11,719 bases of DNA from Armatimonadia bacterium (lineage in GTDB: Bacteria; Armatimonadota; Zipacnadia; Zipacnadales; UBA11051). Both the position numbers and the translations under genes were made by a program. Positions 8,024 through 11,719 of this stretch are shown here, one piece after another. The stretch spans positions 1 through 11,719 of the forward strand of contig JBDKRC010000328.1 in assembly GCA_039683575.1 (NCBI GenBank). Direction: 5' to 3'. The notes beneath the pieces are model-generated. The model ran no database searches, was not told the DNA's origin, and saw only the letters and a program-made list of their open reading frames with translations. Within the stretch, counting starts at the first letter, position 1. Each line of letters begins with the position of its first letter.

Positions 8024-8659
8024 ATGAAGACTCGCGGCTTTACGCTCATTGAGTTGTTGGTCGTGATCGCGATCATCGCGATCCTGGCAGCAATCCTATT
8101 CCCGGTGTTTGCCAAGGCGCGGGAGAAGGCCCGGCAGTCAAGCTGTTTGAACAACATAAAGCAGCTGGCGCTGGCGGGACTGATGTACGTGCAGGACTAT
8201 GACGAGAGGAGCCAGCGCTGGCATGGCTCCTGGGACTCGGGCCAGGCACCTACTGTCTCCGATCCATTCTGGTATGCGTACATTACCCCCTACGTGAAGA
8301 ACTCCCAGATTTTGATATGTCCCAGCGCCGCCGACAGGGCTCTGGACCCCGGCTATTCGCCTGCGAACACCTACTACTGCACCTACGCGGTCAGCAATGG
8401 CTGGCCGATGCAGGCTCTGGCGGCCTTTGTGTCGCCGTCGGAGACCGTTATGCTGTGTGAGACGCAGAACAACCACTACTACCGGTACCGTCTGGCGCCT
8501 AACTCGGACGCTCCCATCGATAGCGTCGCGATAAAGATGCACAATGACGGCAGCAACTTTGCGATGGTAGACGGTCACGCGAAGTGGTTCCCGGCGGCGA
8601 AGTTCGCTTCACTGGAACCAACGTCCAGCCTACACTGGTGGCCTGCCTGGCCCTACTGA
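8024..8659 (+). CDS. DUF1559 / prepilin-type N-terminal cleavage-methylation protein with H-X9-DG motif (paralogue 1)
   Basis: [18 protein letters not shown] type IV pilin N-terminus with E5, SCLNN..Q, YVQDYDE, CPS and [26 protein letters not shown]. Confidence 0.93.
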   Translation: MKTRGFTLIELLVVIAIIAILAAILFPVFAKAREKARQSSCLNNIKQLALAGLMYVQDYDERSQRWHGSWDSGQAPTVSDPFWYAYITPYVKNSQILICPSAADRALDPGYSPANTYYCTYAVSNGWPMQALAAFVSPSETVMLCETQNNHYYRYRLAPNSDAPIDSVAIKMHNDGSNFAMVDGHAKWFPAAKFASLEPTSSLHWWPAWPY

Positions 8660-8688
8660 GGGCAGCGGCTCGAAGACCTGACGCGAAA

Positions 8689-8715
8689 CGGCCCTCGGCG
8701 TGATGCCGAGGGCCG
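8689..8715. terminator. Hairpin between convergent genes, probable bidirectional terminator
   Basis: CGGCCCTCGGC-GTGAT-GCCGAGGGCCG is a perfect 11-bp stem between the stops at 8659 (+) and 8743 (-), followed by a short U-run on the minus strand. Confidence 0.7.
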
Positions 8716-8742
8716 GTGTGGCATGTTGAGGGAGGGTGACCG

Positions 8743-9384
8743 CTAGGTTCCCGTCCAGGCGCGGTCGTTGGTCAGTACGGAATCGAGCTTGATCCACTTG
8801 CCGTGACCGTCGCAGAAGGCAGAGTTCATGCCCTCGTTGTGGCGGGGATCAAGGGCGCTGCCGTTGGTGAGGTCGAACGTGTCTGTGGCGACAACGTAGT
8901 AGATGCGATAGGGGTTGTTGGTGCGGGCGGCGTTGAAGGTAGTCTCAGCCACGGTGATGCATTCCGACGGATAGGTAATCTGCGCGTCGGCCTTGCCATC
9001 GAGGCCCGTATTCCAGCCATAGCGCATGTCGCTGCTGTAGGCGCCAGTGAACGTCTGGCCGACGCTGGGACAGTTGAAGAGCTGGGTGTTCTTCACATAA
9101 GGATAGACCATGAACATCCACAGCATGTAGCTGTTGGTCCGTACCTGGCCGCTTGGCGTGGTGTAGTCGATTCCGGGGCCGTAGGAGTTGTAGGGGTACC
9201 GTTCGTCGTAGTCCTGAACATACATGCGGACGCCGGTGGCTAGCTGCTTCATGTTGGAGAGGCAACTGGCGGCGCGGGCCTTTTCACGGGCTTTGGCGAA
9301 GACGGGGAAGAGAATGGCGGCGAGGATCGCAATGATCGCGATGACGACGAGGAGCTCAATTAGAGTGAAGCCGCGGCGGGTCAT
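8743..9384 (-). CDS. DUF1559 / prepilin-type H-X9-DG protein (paralogue 2)
   Basis: [22 protein letters not shown] and [25 protein letters not shown] before the ATG at 9384. Confidence 0.93.
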   Translation of the reverse strand: MTRRGFTLIELLVVIAIIAILAAILFPVFAKAREKARAASCLSNMKQLATGVRMYVQDYDERYPYNSYGPGIDYTTPSGQVRTNSYMLWMFMVYPYVKNTQLFNCPSVGQTFTGAYSSDMRYGWNTGLDGKADAQITYPSECITVAETTFNAARTNNPYRIYYVVATDTFDLTNGSALDPRHNEGMNSAFCDGHGKWIKLDSVLTNDRAWTGT

Positions 9385-9538
9385 GGCAGGGCCTCCTATG
9401 GTGAGATACAACCTCATGGGGAGTATTCGGCCGAGGCAGGCAGGATTCCTTCTCTAGCAAAGAGCGGCGGGGTACGGAGCCCCCTGCGACGCAGACGTCG
9501 CTACGCCCTACAGCCGGAGCGGAGGGGGCCAGAACCAG

Positions 9539-9585
9539 ACCAGCCTTCGCAAGGGCAGGAGGTTCCTGCGCTTGCGAAGGCTGGT
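9539..9585 (-). terminator. Long hairpin at the 3' end of ssrA (terminator or processing structure)
   Basis: ACCAGCCTTCGCAAG (9539-9553) and CTTGCGAAGGCTGGT (9571-9585) form a perfect 15-bp inverted repeat, with inner GCAGGA/TCCTGC pairing. One arm overlaps the tmRNA ACCA end. Confidence 0.65.
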
Positions 9586-9932
9586 GGAGGCGGCGGGAAT
9601 CGAACCCGCGTCCGAAGAGAGACTAGCCAGGACTTCTACGAGCGTAGTGACTGTTCGTTTTGTCGCCACCTTGGAGTACAGGCACAAACTCCGCGGCGGC
9701 CAGTCCGATTAGCATTCGCCGCTTGGTCTACGGACGAAGACCGCGCAACTAGCCGATCATGATTACGCCGGTATCAAGCCAGATCAGCGTGGCCTGAATG
9801 ACGTCGCGGTTTTTATGCCGCGAGGGCCAATGGTTGGTTGGCAGTTATTGTTTGCCGGGTTTTAGCAGGCGTCGGCGACCTGCGCTCGCTATCCCAACCG
9901 GTCCATACTCCCCGTCAAGCCCGATCGCCCCC
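9582..9932 (-). ncRNA. ssrA: tmRNA (transfer-messenger RNA), about 351 nt, tag (A)ANQPLALAA
   Basis: 5' GGGGGCG pairs with 3' CGCCTCC-ACCA, including the G3.U alanine identity pair. T-arm GCGGG-TTCGATT-CCCGC. Resume context ATAACT-GCC, then the tag frame 9842-9813 encodes ANQPLALAA-TAA. Confidence 0.97.
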
Positions 9933-9941
9933 ACAACTCAT

Positions 9942-9970
9942 ACTATAGCACAAATGTACGACCATGGCAA
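9942..9970 (-). promoter_or_regulatory. Sigma70-type promoter of ssrA
   Basis: Minus strand TTGCCA (9970-9965), 17-nt spacer ending in TGC (extended -10), TATAGT (9947-9942), 9 nt upstream of the mature 5' end. Confidence 0.75.
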
Positions 9971-9989
9971 GGATTTCGACGCCAAACGG

Positions 9990-10019
9990 TTGCCAGCGAT
10001 GTGCCTCCTGTGGTACCCT
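9990..10019 (+). promoter_or_regulatory. Putative sigma70 promoter for paralogue 3, divergent from ssrA
   Basis: TTGCCA (9990-9995), 18-nt spacer ending in TGG, TACCCT (10014-10019). Confidence 0.45.
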
Positions 10020-10065
10020 GAACTGTCTTTTTGGCGCACATCCAACTTCCAGGAGGCTACTGTTC

Positions 10066-10674
10066 ATGCGTCGTCGCGGCTTTACACTCATCGAATTGCT
10101 GGTCGTCATTGCGATCATCGCCATCCTCGCCGCCATTTTGTTCCCGGTGTTCGCCAAGGCCCGGGAGAAGGCCCGACAGGCTAGCTGTCTGTCCAACGTC
10201 AAGCAGATCATGATCGGGGTCCTGTCGTATGCGCAGGACTACGATGAGGTTCTTCCCACTTGCTGGACGTCTTACACTGGCAACCTGTACGCGCATCCCT
10301 ATTGGTACGAGAAGTGCGACGCATACATGAAGAACGCGCAGATCATGTTCTGCCCGAGCGATAAGACCACGAGCCCGGGCTACGGGATGAATTACATGCA
10401 CTTTGGCTCGACCAACGCTGTCGTTGCTCTGGGCGCTGTGCAGCGGCCGGCTGAGATCCTGTTCATGGCTGACCAGTATAACGAGCACAGTTGCTGCATC
10501 TATGCTTCTGACAGCGCGGCCAGCCCTGCGACGCACAACGGGCACAACGCCACCCACGGCGGCGTGGGCACCCGCCACAATGACGGCGCAAACGTCGGCT
10601 TCGTGGATGGCCACGCCAAGTGGTTCAAGAACACCAACTTTGACGACTACCGGCTCTGGGCCAACGTTCCGTAG
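10066..10674 (+). CDS. DUF1559 / prepilin-type H-X9-DG protein (paralogue 3)
   Basis: [26 protein letters not shown] and [25 protein letters not shown]. Confidence 0.93.
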   Translation: MRRRGFTLIELLVVIAIIAILAAILFPVFAKAREKARQASCLSNVKQIMIGVLSYAQDYDEVLPTCWTSYTGNLYAHPYWYEKCDAYMKNAQIMFCPSDKTTSPGYGMNYMHFGSTNAVVALGAVQRPAEILFMADQYNEHSCCIYASDSAASPATHNGHNATHGGVGTRHNDGANVGFVDGHAKWFKNTNFDDYRLWANVP

Positions 10675-10696
10675 CCCCAGGCGACCCTAGCACGAC

Positions 10697-10732
10697 AAGA
10701 CAGGCGGCCAATGCTGGCCGCCTGTCTTTTTT
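10697..10732 (+). terminator. Rho-independent terminator after paralogue 3
   Basis: AAGACAGGCGGCCA-ATGC-TGGCCGCCTGTCTT, a 14-bp stem running into a T6 tract. Confidence 0.85.
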
Positions 10733-10767
10733 GCGCCGGGGCCACGGGGCCAATTGGGGCGCTATTG

Positions 10768-10796
10768 TTGCCATTGATGCAGAAATGTAGTAGGGT
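10768..10796 (+). promoter_or_regulatory. Putative sigma70 promoter for paralogue 4
   Basis: TTGCCA (10768-10773), 17-nt spacer, TAGGGT (10791-10796), located between the terminator and the RBS. Confidence 0.45.
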
Positions 10797-10838
10797 GAGG
10801 CGTTTTTGTGTCTCATGCCCAATTCCGGAGGTTCTGTC

Positions 10839-11489
10839 ATGCGCCGTCGTGGTTTTACGTTGATTGAATTGCTGGTCGTAATCGCCATCATCGCCATCCT
10901 CGCCGCGATCCTGTTTCCGGTGTTCGCCAAGGCCCGGGAGAAGGCGCGGCAATCGAGCTGTCTGTCCAACCTCAAGCAGCTTGGCACCACCGAAGCCATG
11001 TATGAGCAGGACTACGATGAGATGACCGCTTCGTACTCCAGTCATCCCGGACAGGCCGCACAGTACACTTTCGTTGACATGCTGGCGCCCTACATCAAGA
11101 ACACCCAACTCTTCGAATGCCCCAGCTCCTCGGCCCGCTACTATGGCACAACGTCCCACAGCGGCTCGTATGGCTCCAACATCACCAGCGTAGTCAACAA
11201 CCAGCTGGGCCGGCCATACCTGTACTGCTACCGCGCGACCGCGTCCTTCCAGTACCCGGCCGAGACCATGATCTTTGCCGACAGCCTGGCGTCCACCTCT
11301 ACGCCCTCGACCGCCTCGGTCAGCATCCGCTACAACTCCACGACGTCAGCGTTCGACGCGGTGACGAAGCTGCACAATGAGGGTTCCAACGTGACGTACC
11401 TGGATGGTCACTCCAAGTGGATCAGCTACTCGGCGATGACCAGCACCAGTGCGACGAACCTGAACACCTTCTGGCGGGGCGGCCTGTAG
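10839..11489 (+). CDS. DUF1559 / prepilin-type H-X9-DG protein (paralogue 4)
   Basis: [26 protein letters not shown] and [24 protein letters not shown]. Confidence 0.93.
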   Translation: MRRRGFTLIELLVVIAIIAILAAILFPVFAKAREKARQSSCLSNLKQLGTTEAMYEQDYDEMTASYSSHPGQAAQYTFVDMLAPYIKNTQLFECPSSSARYYGTTSHSGSYGSNITSVVNNQLGRPYLYCYRATASFQYPAETMIFADSLASTSTPSTASVSIRYNSTTSAFDAVTKLHNEGSNVTYLDGHSKWISYSAMTSTSATNLNTFWRGGL

Positions 11490-11526
11490 GGGTTGGGATG
11501 GTGCCGACGCCTCATGTATGCAGACT

Positions 11527-11561
11527 AGACGGGCGGGCCAATACTGGCCCGCCCGTCTTTT
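11527..11561 (+). terminator. Rho-independent terminator after paralogue 4
   Basis: AGACGGGCGGGCCA-ATAC-TGGCCCGCCCGTCT, a 14-bp stem followed by TTTCT. Confidence 0.8.
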
Positions 11562-11719
11562 CTCCGAAGCCTCCCGCACTTCTCCCGCTTTGCGGCTCTT
11601 CCTCAATTAGTGTGGGTAGAACCTATTGACATGTCGTAAGTACGTGCTGCAGCGAGGGCAACTGTCCGCAGCGTTGCAGTATTTTGAGCATGAAGAATTG
11701 GACGTCGCGGAAGCCGTAG

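Noticed and set aside
7246-9581. Genomic island integrated at the ssrA 3' end
   Set aside because: I found no duplicated ssrA 3' fragment (att site) and no integrase in the window.
9582-9612. Stand-alone tRNA gene
   Set aside because: The T-arm and CCA end belong to tmRNA: the matching 5' acceptor strand is about 350 nt away, there is a tag reading frame in between, and there is no anticodon arm.
8024-11561. Integron cassettes, a DGR or a shufflon explaining the paralogue array
   Set aside because: There are no attC-like sites, integrase, reverse transcriptase, near-identical TR/VR pair or recombinase. The shared N-termini differ at many synonymous sites.
11626-11719. Promoter (TTGACA at 11626) and short ORF MKNWTSRKP* at the window end
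   Set aside because: There is no acceptable -10 box at 16-18 nt spacing, the ORF has only 9 codons, and the downstream context is missing.

Overview
GC-rich bacterial window, probably Armatimonadota-like (inferred from the [37 protein letters not shown] pilin-like paralogues). From left to right: a truncated CDS end, possibly an IS end; a GYF_2/DUF4339 membrane protein gene; a GHL10-type glycoside hydrolase-like gene; a small membrane protein gene; a five-copy tandem GTAG-type REP array; and a minus-strand operon (TIGR03960 radical SAM, TIGR03936/DUF2344, Rne/Rng ribonuclease) with a clear sigma70 promoter. The right half holds four DUF1559/H-X9-DG prepilin-like genes arranged around the tmRNA gene ssrA (tag ANQPLALAA). 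The most notable unexplained feature is a signal-peptide-bearing ORF (7530-7904) ending in ...PRGP-stop, whose stop region can base-pair with the Shine-Dalgarno of the first pilin-like gene. This resembles SecM/MifM/RAPP-type ribosome-arrest secretion monitors. Family assignments come from motif recognition only; no searches were run.
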